A DNA stretch of 64,000 nt from an uncultured delta proteobacterium (GCA_963790475.1 CAWBOS010000010.1:1184001-1248000), one strand, 5' to 3'. Counted from the stretch's first letter, positions 9,923 through 19,307 are shown. The notes: a model not told the origin generated them from the sequence alone. Made by a program: numbers and translations.

Positions 9923-10602
9923 GCCTCCTCCCGAAAATCTTTCTGCCATCGATCGTCCACTGCGGAAAACCGTCTTTGCTTAATTTGATTAATGAGGTCC
10001 CGCTCACCTTCGATTTTTTCTTCAAAAATAGTATAACAAGCCCCCACGCCCAGGATGGCATGGGCGTCACTTCCCCCTGTCCCGGGAAGATGAAGATGAT
10101 GGGCAACCGCTTTGGTAAATGAAGTTTCTTTTAATCCGGCACGCCCGTTATAGATCTCCAGGGCGTCGACTATTTCAAATACCGCGCGGTTCCTGATAGT
10201 GTTTATTCCCCTGGGGATAATTTCATTTGAATCGGATTCCGAAAGGTCAAAGGTGCTATAGAGTTCAGGCTCAGTTCGGAAAGGATGGGCCATGATCATG
10301 ACCCCATCGGCTTCATCGACCATCGTTTTTAAGGAAACAGCACTGTAAACCTGCAGGACAGGCCGATGCAGGCCGAAAACCAGTATCTCGCCCAGGTCGG
10401 TGCTGACTTCCACCCCGCCGATGACCAGGAAGTCGTGTTTTTCCCGGAGACGATCAATCGCTTCCTTTTCCCATAATTGATTGTGCTCCGTGATGCAGAC
10501 CCCATCAAGCCCCGTGAGTTTGGCCCGCTGAATAAGCTGATCCGGATCCATATAGGCACACGCCGATCCGTAGAGGGTGTGGAGATGGAGATCGATTTTC
10601 AT
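9919..10602 (-). CDS. PHP-domain metallohydrolase
   Basis: DLHLHT, CITEHN, GVEVS, AHPFR, GGSDAH. Confidence 0.92.
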   Translation of the reverse strand: MKIDLHLHTLYGSACAYMDPDQLIQRAKLTGLDGVCITEHNQLWEKEAIDRLREKHDFLVIGGVEVSTDLGEILVFGLHRPVLQVYSAVSLKTMVDEADGVMIMAHPFRTEPELYSTFDLSESDSNEIIPRGINTIRNRAVFEIVDALEIYNGRAGLKETSFTKAVAHHLHLPGTGGSDAHAILGVGACYTIFEEKIEGERDLINQIKQRRFSAVDDRWQKDFREEA

Positions 10603-10639
10603 TCTTTAGAACAGCCTGTCAATACGATAGCTTTTCAGA

Positions 10640-11221
10640 TCAGGCCCTTTTGGCCTCAAACTGACAGTAGCCCTCTTTGGGAATGGCGGCCGTCATGCTG
10701 ATTAAGGCGTCAATCTCCAGATCCTCATGTATGGTCCGGCAGGCGGTCAGGCAGGCATGTTTACAGGCTAGAAGGCCGGCGACCTCTTCCCCGCATTTTT
10801 CCTTTATTTTATTAAAGGTTTTACAATTTAACATGCGGTAGATCAATCGTTCATGATTGTTTTCCACAATAGGCAGAATCGAAATCTCTTGGGTACTAAG
10901 ATAGGCTATCTCGATAAACCGCTGGGGGACCAAGGCAAATTTCAGGTATCCATTCGTTTTATCCACCGCTTCGAGAAGAACTTCATAGGTCCGGTCGGGA
11001 TATTGGTCTCCAAGTTTATGGGTCTTTTTCATCCAGTCCCGGCCATAAGATTCAAAGAGTTCCTTTCCTATGGTCTCAATCTCCGATTCGGTTTTCCCCT
11101 TGACGGCCTCGGCAAAGCGGGCGGCCAGCTTATCCACCTCAAATTCCTGGCCCAGGAGGTGGAGCATTTCCGGGTTGAGTTCAAAGGAATAGTGTTTTAT
11201 GTCATATTGTAAATCAGTCAT
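10640..11221 (-). CDS. Hypothetical protein, probable V4R/ATC-hydrolase-like fold with Cys cluster
   Basis: Start re-called at MTDLQ behind GGAGG; NC…C…LACKHAC…GYCQF C-terminus resembles V4R-type domains. Confidence 0.6.
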   Translation of the reverse strand: MTDLQYDIKHYSFELNPEMLHLLGQEFEVDKLAARFAEAVKGKTESEIETIGKELFESYGRDWMKKTHKLGDQYPDRTYEVLLEAVDKTNGYLKFALVPQRFIEIAYLSTQEISILPIVENNHERLIYRMLNCKTFNKIKEKCGEEVAGLLACKHACLTACRTIHEDLEIDALISMTAAIPKEGYCQFEAKRA

Positions 11222-11232
11222 GATCCCTCCAA

Positions 11233-11505
11233 TTAGACCTTCTGGGTCCCGGGAAAAGTAATGGTCAAGGCATCCACGGGACAAAGTTCGATGCAAAGAT
11301 TACAGCCGGTACATTTGTCCCGAAAAGGGGCGAACACCATATAATTCCCCGGCTCTTTAGGATTGGTCTCCCGGCCTCTTTCCACCTTCAAAGCGGCCAC
11401 CTGGAACACCGATTGGGGACACCCCTGGAGGCAAAGTTTACAATCAAAGGGGGTGGTGCATTTCGTCGAATCAATCTTTATCATCGCAAAATTAGGAGCC
11501 GCCAT
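11233..11505 (-). CDS. 2x[4Fe-4S] ferredoxin
   Basis: CTTPFDCKLCLQGCP and CTGCNLCIELCP. Confidence 0.92.
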   Translation of the reverse strand: MAAPNFAMIKIDSTKCTTPFDCKLCLQGCPQSVFQVAALKVERGRETNPKEPGNYMVFAPFRDKCTGCNLCIELCPVDALTITFPGTQKV

Positions 11506-11506
11506 T

Positions 11507-12358
11507 TTACCAAACCTCCTTTAAACCGGGAAGACTGGTTCGATCAATCAGAGAAATCGCCTTTCTGGGACAGGCCGTCTCGCAAAGTCCGCACCCAAAA
11601 CATTTCATCTGATCAATATTCGTTTTTTCCATGGTGACCTCAAATTTGATGGCCCCGAACTGACAGCGTTGGACGCAGATTCCGCAGCCGTTACAAAGGT
11701 CATAGTCCATAAGGGCCACGGAGTGGCTTTTGAGACAGCCGGTCGTGATCCCGTAATCAACCCGGTTTCTAATCATTCCACAGTCCGGATAATCGCAATT
11801 ACAGATGCCGCCGACATAGGATCCCCCGAAGGTCATCAGGATATGGACCATCCCCTTTTTGTTCCATTTGACCAACCACTCCTTGGCCTCATCAGGGGTC
11901 ATAAAATTAACGCCCCCCTTATATCTTTCCGGCCACCGTTCCCATTTAAACATCCCCACTCCCAGACCGGTGCAGGAATATTCATGTTCATTTCTTTCTT
12001 CATGGGCCCGAGAGTGAATCCGGCAGATACAGGACATGGAGGTCACCGGGTAAGACATCTCAACCGCCTTGAAGGCCTCCTGAATAGGAATGACCTGACC
12101 GATCTGGAAGGGACCTTTCTCCCTCATATCATTGGCCTCTTTGATCAACTGTTGAAATTTTACCGGATCCTCAAAACGGAGGTTCATGATTTCCCGGATG
12201 GTCCTTCCGGATTGGGCCTCAGGGTCAGAGCCGTAGGCCGCATCCTTTTGTCCCGGTTTTTTTATTTTATACATCTGCCGGGAATGGTTCTTGGGATTAA
12301 GGTACCATTTCCCACCCCCAAACTCCGGATCACCATAAGCGTCGCAAACCCAACACAT
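11507..12358 (-). CDS. Cys-rich 4Fe-4S-binding protein
   Basis: MCWVC N-terminus, SCICR…C, ICNCDYPDC and two C-terminal CxxCxxCxxxC motifs; AGGAG RBS. Confidence 0.88.
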   Translation of the reverse strand: MCWVCDAYGDPEFGGGKWYLNPKNHSRQMYKIKKPGQKDAAYGSDPEAQSGRTIREIMNLRFEDPVKFQQLIKEANDMREKGPFQIGQVIPIQEAFKAVEMSYPVTSMSCICRIHSRAHEERNEHEYSCTGLGVGMFKWERWPERYKGGVNFMTPDEAKEWLVKWNKKGMVHILMTFGGSYVGGICNCDYPDCGMIRNRVDYGITTGCLKSHSVALMDYDLCNGCGICVQRCQFGAIKFEVTMEKTNIDQMKCFGCGLCETACPRKAISLIDRTSLPGLKEVW

Positions 12359-12390
12359 AAATTTTTTCTCCTCTATTTTTAGAATTATAG

Positions 12391-12540
12391 GTTCAAAGTT
12401 CAAAGTTCAAAGTTCGAGGTCTCAGGTCTCAGGTTTAAGGTTTAAGGTTTAAGGTTTGAAATTTACAATTTGCAATTTGACTTTTCTTGCCCAAGGTTTA
12501 AGGTAAAATCCTTACACCGTAAACCGTGTACCTTATACCG
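12391..12540. repeat. Degenerate heptamer tandem array with partial inverted copy
   Basis: gttcaaa x3, ggtctca x2, ggtttaa x3, aatttac/aatttgc; later ccttacaccgtaaaccgtgtaccttataccg. Confidence 0.75.
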
Positions 12541-12548
12541 GTCTTTTC

Positions 12549-14114
12549 TTACAACAGTCGGGTACTGGTTTCAAAACAAAGTTGGCCCCGGTCAAAGATA
12601 CAATTACCACACATCCGGCAATTTAGACAGCGTTTGGCCTCCTCAATGACCTGCCATTCCGTATATCCTAAATCGGTTTCCTGAAAGGAACGCGTGGCGT
12701 CGCTGTTGGAGAGGGAAGGCATGTTCCAGCGGTCTTTTCTAACCAGGAAGGAAGGGATAACGGTCTCTTCCCCAAGTTTAAACACTTCCTGTGTCTTTTT
12801 CTTCGGTTTCGATTTGAGCTCTTTTCCTCTCAGATATTGATCGATAGAACGGGCCGCCCGATGCCCGGCGGCAATCGCTCCGACAATCGTACCCGGCATG
12901 GCCGCCGCATCTCCGGCGGCAAAAACACCCTTAAGGTTAGTGGCCATAGTCTCCGGATCGATTTTAAAGGTTCCGCCTTTATTCAGATCGACCCCTTGGA
13001 TAAAAGAAGGGTCAGGGACCTGCCCGATGGCCACAATCACCAGGTCCGCTTTCAGGGCTGCTTCACTCCCCGGGCCGGATTCAAGTTCCCAACTGAGCTG
13101 CCCATCCACCCCCCTGTTCATGCTGGCAACCTTGGTAAAGGCCACTCGCTGCGCTTTCCCACCCACTCTGGCGATGATCTTTTGCGGTGCCAGGGAAGGG
13201 AGTATTTCAACCCCCTCTTCTTCGGCCTTTTCGATTTCCCAGGCGAAGGCCGGCATATCGGCCCTGGATTCCAGACAGGCCAGGGTTACCTTTTCCGCTC
13301 CTAAGCGCAATGCGGTCCGGGCGGCATCCACGGCCACGTTCCCGCCGCCGATGATGACCACCTGCCCCTTGATATGACGCTTATCTCCCAGCTTGACCTC
13401 CCGCAGGAAATGGAGGGCCTGAACGACACCCTTCAGATCAATGCCGGGTATGTTCAGTTCAGCGCTTTTCCAGGCCCCGGTGGCCAGAAGGACGGCCTTG
13501 TATCCCTGATTCCAAATATCTTCAAGAGTAAACTCTTTCCCGATACGCATATTCGTTTTAATGTCAACCCCCAGGGCCCTGATATAATCCACTTCGAATT
13601 TTACCACAGGTTTGGGTAGATTAAAATCCGGTATCCCGGCAGCCAGCATCCCACCGGCCACGGGAAGGGCTTCAAAAACACTCACTCCGTAACCGGTTTG
13701 GGCCAGGTCGTGAGCGGCGGTCAAACCCGCGGGGCCCGATCCGATGATCGCCATCCGTTCTTTGGTTCCGCGTTGGGTTCGCGGCTTCTTATGGCCATTA
13801 CCTTGTTCCACCTGGCCGATGAATCTTTTCAGCCATTCAATGGCAATAGGCCGGTCAACGAGCGACCGGGTGCAGGCCTCCTCACAAGGATGATGACAGA
13901 CCCGGCCGCAGATGGAAGGAAATGGATTGGTCTGTCGCACAATAGCCATGGCTTCCTTGAATTTACCCTGGGAAAGGGCAATGACATAGCTCGGGATGTC
14001 CATATGAATGGGGCAGGCCTCTTCACAAGGAGACAGTTTATCCACCATAGGCCAGCATTTTTCCCCATGAACCCGGGAAAGGTTCAGGCTAACTTTTTTC
14101 CGTCCGTGTCCCAC
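12549..14114 (-). CDS. GltD/SudA/DsrL-like FAD/NAD(P)-dependent Fe-S oxidoreductase
   Basis: PCEEACP…NPFPSICGRVC..PCE..C; IIGSGPAG; IIGGGNVAVD; FAAGD; EAKRCLNCRMCGNC; GTG start. Confidence 0.9.
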   Translation of the reverse strand: MGHGRKKVSLNLSRVHGEKCWPMVDKLSPCEEACPIHMDIPSYVIALSQGKFKEAMAIVRQTNPFPSICGRVCHHPCEEACTRSLVDRPIAIEWLKRFIGQVEQGNGHKKPRTQRGTKERMAIIGSGPAGLTAAHDLAQTGYGVSVFEALPVAGGMLAAGIPDFNLPKPVVKFEVDYIRALGVDIKTNMRIGKEFTLEDIWNQGYKAVLLATGAWKSAELNIPGIDLKGVVQALHFLREVKLGDKRHIKGQVVIIGGGNVAVDAARTALRLGAEKVTLACLESRADMPAFAWEIEKAEEEGVEILPSLAPQKIIARVGGKAQRVAFTKVASMNRGVDGQLSWELESGPGSEAALKADLVIVAIGQVPDPSFIQGVDLNKGGTFKIDPETMATNLKGVFAAGDAAAMPGTIVGAIAAGHRAARSIDQYLRGKELKSKPKKKTQEVFKLGEETVIPSFLVRKDRWNMPSLSNSDATRSFQETDLGYTEWQVIEEAKRCLNCRMCGNCIFDRGQLCFETSTRLL

Positions 14115-14364
14115 GTTGCTTTTCTCCTTAATAAATAATCCCCATCAGAATATTTAATGAATTTTGGTGACCGAGAATCTCACCTTTGGATAAACCTGAT
14201 CAGATCCGAATCAAGATCTCAGAATAAAAGGAGGGTCTATTAATTCAGGGTCCTTATATAGTCATTATTTTATCAACTTTCTTTTTAGACTGTCAAGCCC
14301 AAAAAAATGCATATTGAACTTGCCCTTCTCTTCATTTCTTTGTATTATAATCATCTGGTGCGGA

Positions 14365-15012
14365 ATGTTCAAGATTGATTTGCATGTTCATACTGTTTTC
14401 GGTGGTGACTCTATTATCAAACCGCAGGAGTTAGTTTCTCGTTCCCGACAAGTGGGTTTGGATGCGGTCTGTGTAACGGAACACCATTCTTACTTTCTTA
14501 GCGATCCTTACAAAAAAATTGCTCTGGAAACGGGCTTTCCTATCTTTCAAGGCCTGGAATACCGCGCTCATGAAGGGCATCTGTTGGTTTTCGGACTGAA
14601 AGTCGAACAAGAAGATCTTCCCCCAAGACTGCCGATGCAATGGACCCTGGATTGGGTTCATGGGCGGGGAGGCGTCGCTATCCCGGCCCACCCTTTTCAA
14701 AAATGGGACTCCAACGGCTTTCCCGGGAATCGGATCCATCAATTAAATAATCTTTTCGCCCTGGAAGCCCTGAATGCCAGCCTGTCATCTCAAGAAAATC
14801 ATTTGGCCGCCAAAGCGGCCACCGACCTGAATATTCATAGTATCGGGGGGTCGGACGCCCACGGGCCATCGGTTCTGGGCCGGGCCTATACCCTGTTTCC
14901 GGCCCCGATCACAACTGAGGAAGAACTGGTTCAGGCCTTACGCAACGGTGGATATATCCCCTGTTGGAACGATAATTTTTACAAGGCTGAACATTTAGAC
15001 CATTGGATGTGA
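14365..15012 (+). CDS. PHP-domain metallohydrolase (paralog of 9919-10602)
   Basis: DLHVHT, CVTEHH, GLEY, AHPF, GGSDAH. Confidence 0.9.
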   Translation: MFKIDLHVHTVFGGDSIIKPQELVSRSRQVGLDAVCVTEHHSYFLSDPYKKIALETGFPIFQGLEYRAHEGHLLVFGLKVEQEDLPPRLPMQWTLDWVHGRGGVAIPAHPFQKWDSNGFPGNRIHQLNNLFALEALNASLSSQENHLAAKAATDLNIHSIGGSDAHGPSVLGRAYTLFPAPITTEEELVQALRNGGYIPCWNDNFYKAEHLDHWM

Positions 15013-15035
15013 ATTTTCCCAATAATGGAGAACCC

Positions 15036-16346
15036 TTGAAAAAAAATTTGTTCTTATTAATGGTTTTTGTTTTTTCTTTAACCTTGGGATCAGCTCAGGC
15101 CGCAGCTCCGAATCAACCGGTTTCCGATCCCTTAAGCGGGGCCAGTCTATATGAAACCGTAATGAAATATTCTGAATTTGAAAATCATCAGACCGGAAAT
15201 AAAGGTGATGTCGCCACCTCGAACTGGATTATGGATGAATTGAAAAAGGCCGGTCTGAAAACGGAATTGAAACCATGGAAGCTGCGTCAGTTTTTCCTAA
15301 AAGACTGTGAATTGAAAGTGGATGGTAACCGTTTCGAGAGTTTTCCCGGGTGGCATCCCAATACTCATCCGGTCAAAGGCCCGCTGGCCCTCTTCGACCC
15401 TTCCAATACCGGCAATTTGAAGGGTCATATTGCCTTTGCCGGTCTCAAATACGGTGCGGTTTCCAATACCGGTATGCTTAAAATAGTGGAAAAGGTCCGC
15501 GAGGCCGGGGCCATCGGCCTTATCGTCGCCTGTAAAAATTTCGGCGACTCCGGTATGTTGACAGCCGCCAATGCGGAGAAAAAAGGCCAGGGACCGGAAT
15601 ATTATCAGACCCCGTTGCCTCTACCCGCCGTGGTCGTTGCCGGTGATGATGAAACCCAATTGACCGAGGCCGCTTCGGCCGGAAAAAAAGCGTCAATAAA
15701 GATTACCGGTGTTTCCAAAAAAAACGTGACTGCCTACAATGTGGTCGGTACGCTTAAAAGAGGGGATCAATGGGTCATCATTACCACACCGTCGTCCGGG
15801 TGGTTCCAATGCAGCGGCGAGAGGGGGCCGGGGGTGGCCCTTTTCCTGGGATTGGCCCGATGGACGGCGAAAACGGATTCCAAATACAGTTACATTTTCA
15901 TCGCCAACTCCGGTCACGAGATGGCCTACATGGGGGCTCATTATGTTCCGGCTGAATATCTGCCCGAAAATAAAATCACCAAGGAAAACGTCGCCTGCTG
16001 GTTCCACCTGGGCGCGGCCATCGCTTGCCGGGCCTGGAAAAAGAGGGACATCCTCTACGAACCGCTTAACGAACCCAATAAGGTCTGCTATCTGACTGCC
16101 GTCCCCGGATTGCTCGATTTGGTGAAAGCATCCTTCGGCGAGGTCAAAGGACTGACCATAGGCAGCGGCACTTATGCCGGCGAATTACTCAATATCGTCA
16201 AAGACGGGTATAATGCCTGCGGTTTTTTTGGGTCCAATTATTTTTTCCACACCCGACAGGATAATGACAATGAAACCAGTCCCGCGCTGTTGGACCCGGT
16301 GGGAAAAGGGATGGTCAATTTTTTCAAAACCCTCGAGAAACGCTGA
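15036..16346 (+). CDS. Exported PA-domain/M28-peptidase-like protein
   Basis: Signal peptide LKKNLFLL…AQA; H.TG, GAIG, NVVG, SGHE, FHT..D architecture; TTG start behind GGAG. Confidence 0.6.
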   Translation: MKKNLFLLMVFVFSLTLGSAQAAAPNQPVSDPLSGASLYETVMKYSEFENHQTGNKGDVATSNWIMDELKKAGLKTELKPWKLRQFFLKDCELKVDGNRFESFPGWHPNTHPVKGPLALFDPSNTGNLKGHIAFAGLKYGAVSNTGMLKIVEKVREAGAIGLIVACKNFGDSGMLTAANAEKKGQGPEYYQTPLPLPAVVVAGDDETQLTEAASAGKKASIKITGVSKKNVTAYNVVGTLKRGDQWVIITTPSSGWFQCSGERGPGVALFLGLARWTAKTDSKYSYIFIANSGHEMAYMGAHYVPAEYLPENKITKENVACWFHLGAAIACRAWKKRDILYEPLNEPNKVCYLTAVPGLLDLVKASFGEVKGLTIGSGTYAGELLNIVKDGYNACGFFGSNYFFHTRQDNDNETSPALLDPVGKGMVNFFKTLEKR

Positions 16347-16377
16347 TAAGGGCCAAGGGAATAACTGGTTAGAGGTT

Positions 16378-16849
16378 TCATTCTTCCGGCTCTACTACCC
16401 GCGCTGCCTCGCTTCCGCAATTCAGGCACTTTCCCCGCATCACCAGGGAGCGTCTCGACATTCCTCCCTCTCGCAGTTGTAACGTCACGATTGTCCGGCA
16501 TTTTGAACACCAGACGCTCTCAAGGATGCTTTGTCTTACCTACTCTGGTATCTTTTCCCATCGTTTCTTTGCCGGAGGTATGAGTTTTGGAAAGGGGTAT
16601 TGCCATGCTTTCCTCGACAAAATGTCGTTTGAAGAGTTCTTTCGCCTTGAGAAAGCCTTCCTCAGTCATTCCCACCGATTTTGCCTTGACAATCGGATTC
16701 GAAATGTAGCCTTTCTCGTGAAGTCTGTTCAGTGTCTCCCAATCGAACCCCTTCCATGCTCGTGCTCCAAGTCCTTCACGTCTTTCATGGGTAACGAGGT
16801 AAAGAAGAGCCAGGGTGTATTCATCTATCTTGTCTTTATCGTAGTTCAT
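16378..16849 (-). pseudogene. DUF6429-like protein with frameshifted C-terminal Zn-ribbon (relic cassette)
   Basis: LALLYL…RAWKGFDW..L.RLHEKGYI..P..KAKSV.MTEEG; after a frameshift near 16595 and a TAG the frame continues …WCSKC…KCLNC…VEPEE to TGA at 16378. Confidence 0.65.
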
Positions 16850-16862
16850 TTGTTCTCCTTGG

Positions 16863-16911
16863 GTCGAACGAGAAGCTGAACTGCGGCGTCAGCTTAAGCG
16901 ACTTGTTGGAC
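16863..16911 (-). other. Relic (centrally shortened) attC-like site
   Basis: Minus strand GTCCAAC-aagtc-gcttaagctgacgccgcagttcagc-ttctc-GTTCGAC, then ccaaggag RBS and ATG. Confidence 0.6.
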
Positions 16912-17059
16912 CGGTGGCACCCGTCATTATCAAATTAATTATTTTTTTTTCTTTCCCTTTTCGATTACTTCCTTCACTCTGAGTTTAGTAATCTTCGAAA
17001 TTAATTCATATGGAATTGGCTTTCCTATGGGGAACCTTTCGATCGATAATAAAAATATC

Positions 17060-18004
17060 TTACAGTTTTCCCTCTTCAATATCCCTTTTCAGGAGATTGA
17101 TCAGTTCAATATCCTGCCGGCGCTGAAGGGCTTCGCCGCGATCCGGCCAATCATAAAATCCCTTCCCGGATTTCATGCCCAGTTCCCCGCGTTCGACTCG
17201 TTCTTTAATTGGCTCCCAGGCTTCCCGGCCGGCGGCTTTGGCGGCATTGTAGGGGAAATCAAGCCCGATCAGGTCGTTTCGGATAAACCAACCCGTGTTG
17301 GTCATACGGCGCCCAAACCCATACATAATGATTTCGTCGATCATCTGGGGGGTGCAGATCTTTTTATTAACCAGATCCATGATCTCCCGGCCAAGGGCTC
17401 CTTGAAGGCGATTACCGGCATGGGCGGGCACCTCGATAGGAATCACCACCGGTTTCTTTTGAGCTCCGACCAGAATTTGACAAGTGCGTTGGATGGTTTC
17501 CGGAGAGGTCTTTTCTCCTCCCACCACTTCGACCAATGGTAGTAAGTGGGGCGGCTGAAAGTAGTGGGCCACACAACAGCGCTCCGGGTGTTTGATTTCA
17601 TTTTCACTGACAATTCTTGTGGTGGTAAAGTTGGAAGAGTTGGTGGTCAGGATAGCCGAAGCCGGACAAAGCCGATCCATGTCAGCGAAGACTTTTCGTT
17701 TCAGGGTTAAAGATTCCGAAACCGATTCGGAGATATAATCCGCCCCTTCACAGGCCTCTTCCAGGCGGGTGGTCGGGTGCAAAAAGCCATAAGCCTTATC
17801 GGCCTCGGACGCGGTCATCATCCCGGCCTCCACAAAAAATCCCAGGGCCTTTCGCGCCCGCTCCATGGACTGACGGCTGGTCTCCTCCCGGGTGTTGTAC
17901 AGCCAGGTCGGATAACCGGCCCTTATAAAATCGACTCCGATACCAAAACCCATAAGGCCGGCACCGATGATCGCCACTTTGTTAACCCCTTCAACTTTTC
18001 TCAT
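17060..18004 (-). CDS. 3-hydroxyacyl-CoA dehydrogenase family protein
   Basis: IIGAGLMG, ESVSE.L.LK, TNSS, AHYFQPPHLLPLVEV, NRLQ, GMKSGKGFY. Confidence 0.93.
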   Translation of the reverse strand: MRKVEGVNKVAIIGAGLMGFGIGVDFIRAGYPTWLYNTREETSRQSMERARKALGFFVEAGMMTASEADKAYGFLHPTTRLEEACEGADYISESVSESLTLKRKVFADMDRLCPASAILTTNSSNFTTTRIVSENEIKHPERCCVAHYFQPPHLLPLVEVVGGEKTSPETIQRTCQILVGAQKKPVVIPIEVPAHAGNRLQGALGREIMDLVNKKICTPQMIDEIIMYGFGRRMTNTGWFIRNDLIGLDFPYNAAKAAGREAWEPIKERVERGELGMKSGKGFYDWPDRGEALQRRQDIELINLLKRDIEEGKL

Positions 18005-18470
18005 AGTCTCTTCCTTTCTAAAAAAAGCTGGCAATGGAAGAACAATTTCTTACCTATTGCCCTTAGCCTGTTGTCTGTAACTTGTTTTCACCCCTCTGGG
18101 GCATGAGCTTAGAAAAATGGAATTCGATGTTGCATAAAAATTGATCAATAATATAGTAAAATCCAAACTTCACATAGAGTGACTTTTAGCACTGGCAACG
18201 AAACCATTATAACACTTTGGGATTATAAATAAATTGTCATCTCAAGATCAATTTTTACGCAACTTCGAGGTTGATTACGAATCGGCCACTAAAGCCTTAT
18301 GTCTTTTATTACCTTATCCCTTTCTATTTGTAAACCTTGATGTTGCAAAAGTCGAGGATGTGCCAATTTGGCTCCATAATAATCTGAAGGGAAAATAGGT
18401 TGGATACAAGAAACGAAAACGAAAAGGACGTTAGGAAATTTGTATTGTTTTCGCCGATTTTAGATTATCC

Positions 18471-18511
18471 TTGACAGACAGGACATAATGACTATAATGA
18501 CCATAATGACC
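18471..18511 (+). promoter_or_regulatory. Sigma70 promoter with overlapping operator repeats for vapBC
   Basis: TTGACA(18471)-16 bp-TATAAT(18493); ataatgac repeated three times at 9-bp period. Confidence 0.8.
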
Positions 18512-18528
18512 TTTTTAAGGGGATCACT

Positions 18529-18792
18529 ATGAATCCAGAAACCATCAGTATCGCCGAGGCCAAAAAAACTTTCTCCGAACTCTTAGGGAAAGTGGCCTAC
18601 GGGAAAAAAAAGATTATGATCACTAAAAGGGGGAAACCAATGGCCTTGTTGTCTCCGCCGGAAAATATCGATTCCCCACTCTTCGAATTCAAGGGTTGGC
18701 TCAACGAATCGGATCCCTTCTTTTCCTCCATTGATCGAATCGTTCAAGAACGGGCCGAACACAAGCCAAGGGTCTCAAAAAGGAAAAAATAG
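18529..18792 (+). CDS. Phd/YefM-family antitoxin
   Basis: ISIAEAKKTFSELL…ITKRGKPMA. Confidence 0.9.
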   Translation: MNPETISIAEAKKTFSELLGKVAYGKKKIMITKRGKPMALLSPPENIDSPLFEFKGWLNESDPFFSSIDRIVQERAEHKPRVSKRKK

Positions 18793-18797
18793 TTCGA

Positions 18798-19205
18798 ATG
18801 TTTCTGCTGGACACCAATATCCTTAGTGAATTAGTTAAGAAGAAACCCAACCCGTATTTGCTTTCCCGTTTATCGTCCCTTCCGATCCATACCCTTTTCA
18901 CCTCGATTATTTGCCTCATGGAATTACGATATGGAAGTGCCCTGCGGGCCGATTTTGATTCCTTTTGGTCGAAAATTGTGGGACAAGTTATTTTCCAGGT
19001 TCAGGTTATTTCATTGGGTCCGGAAGAAGGATTAATAGCGGGAGACCTACTTGCCCGGTTGAGAAGGAAGGGCCAATCGATCGGGTTGGAAGATATCCTG
19101 ATTTCGTCCACAGCCATTGCTCACAATCTTGTTTTAGTGACAGCAAATATAAAGCACTTTTCAAAAATTGATGGATTGACCGTTGAAAACTGGTTAGTTG
19201 TTTAA
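18798..19205 (+). CDS. vapC: VapC PIN-domain toxin
   Basis: FLLDTNILSE, E.RYG, D.LI..TA, LVTAN..HF. Confidence 0.93.
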   Translation: MFLLDTNILSELVKKKPNPYLLSRLSSLPIHTLFTSIICLMELRYGSALRADFDSFWSKIVGQVIFQVQVISLGPEEGLIAGDLLARLRRKGQSIGLEDILISSTAIAHNLVLVTANIKHFSKIDGLTVENWLVV

Positions 19206-19276
19206 TCTGAAGAAACAAGAAATACTTTATTACGTTAGTTTGACCCTATTTACGATTTTTATTCCATAAGGTTAGA

Positions 19277-19307
19277 AACTTGAGGTCGCAAATTGTGACC
19301 TCAAGTT
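19277..19307. repeat. 31-bp near-perfect palindrome
   Basis: aacttgaggtcgcaaattgtgacctcaagtt. Confidence 0.8.

Noticed and set aside
12391-12480. Possible CRISPR array
   Set aside because: 7-bp tandem units with no unique spacers and no cas genes.
12549-14114. Glutamate synthase small subunit or true DsrL
   Set aside because: No gltB or dsr genes adjacent; C-terminal Fe-S region is shorter than in DsrL.
18050-18460. Riboswitch or ncRNA in long intergenic regions (also 28240-28500, 49330-49570)
   Set aside because: No recognisable conserved structure by eye; an Rfam/Infernal scan would be needed.
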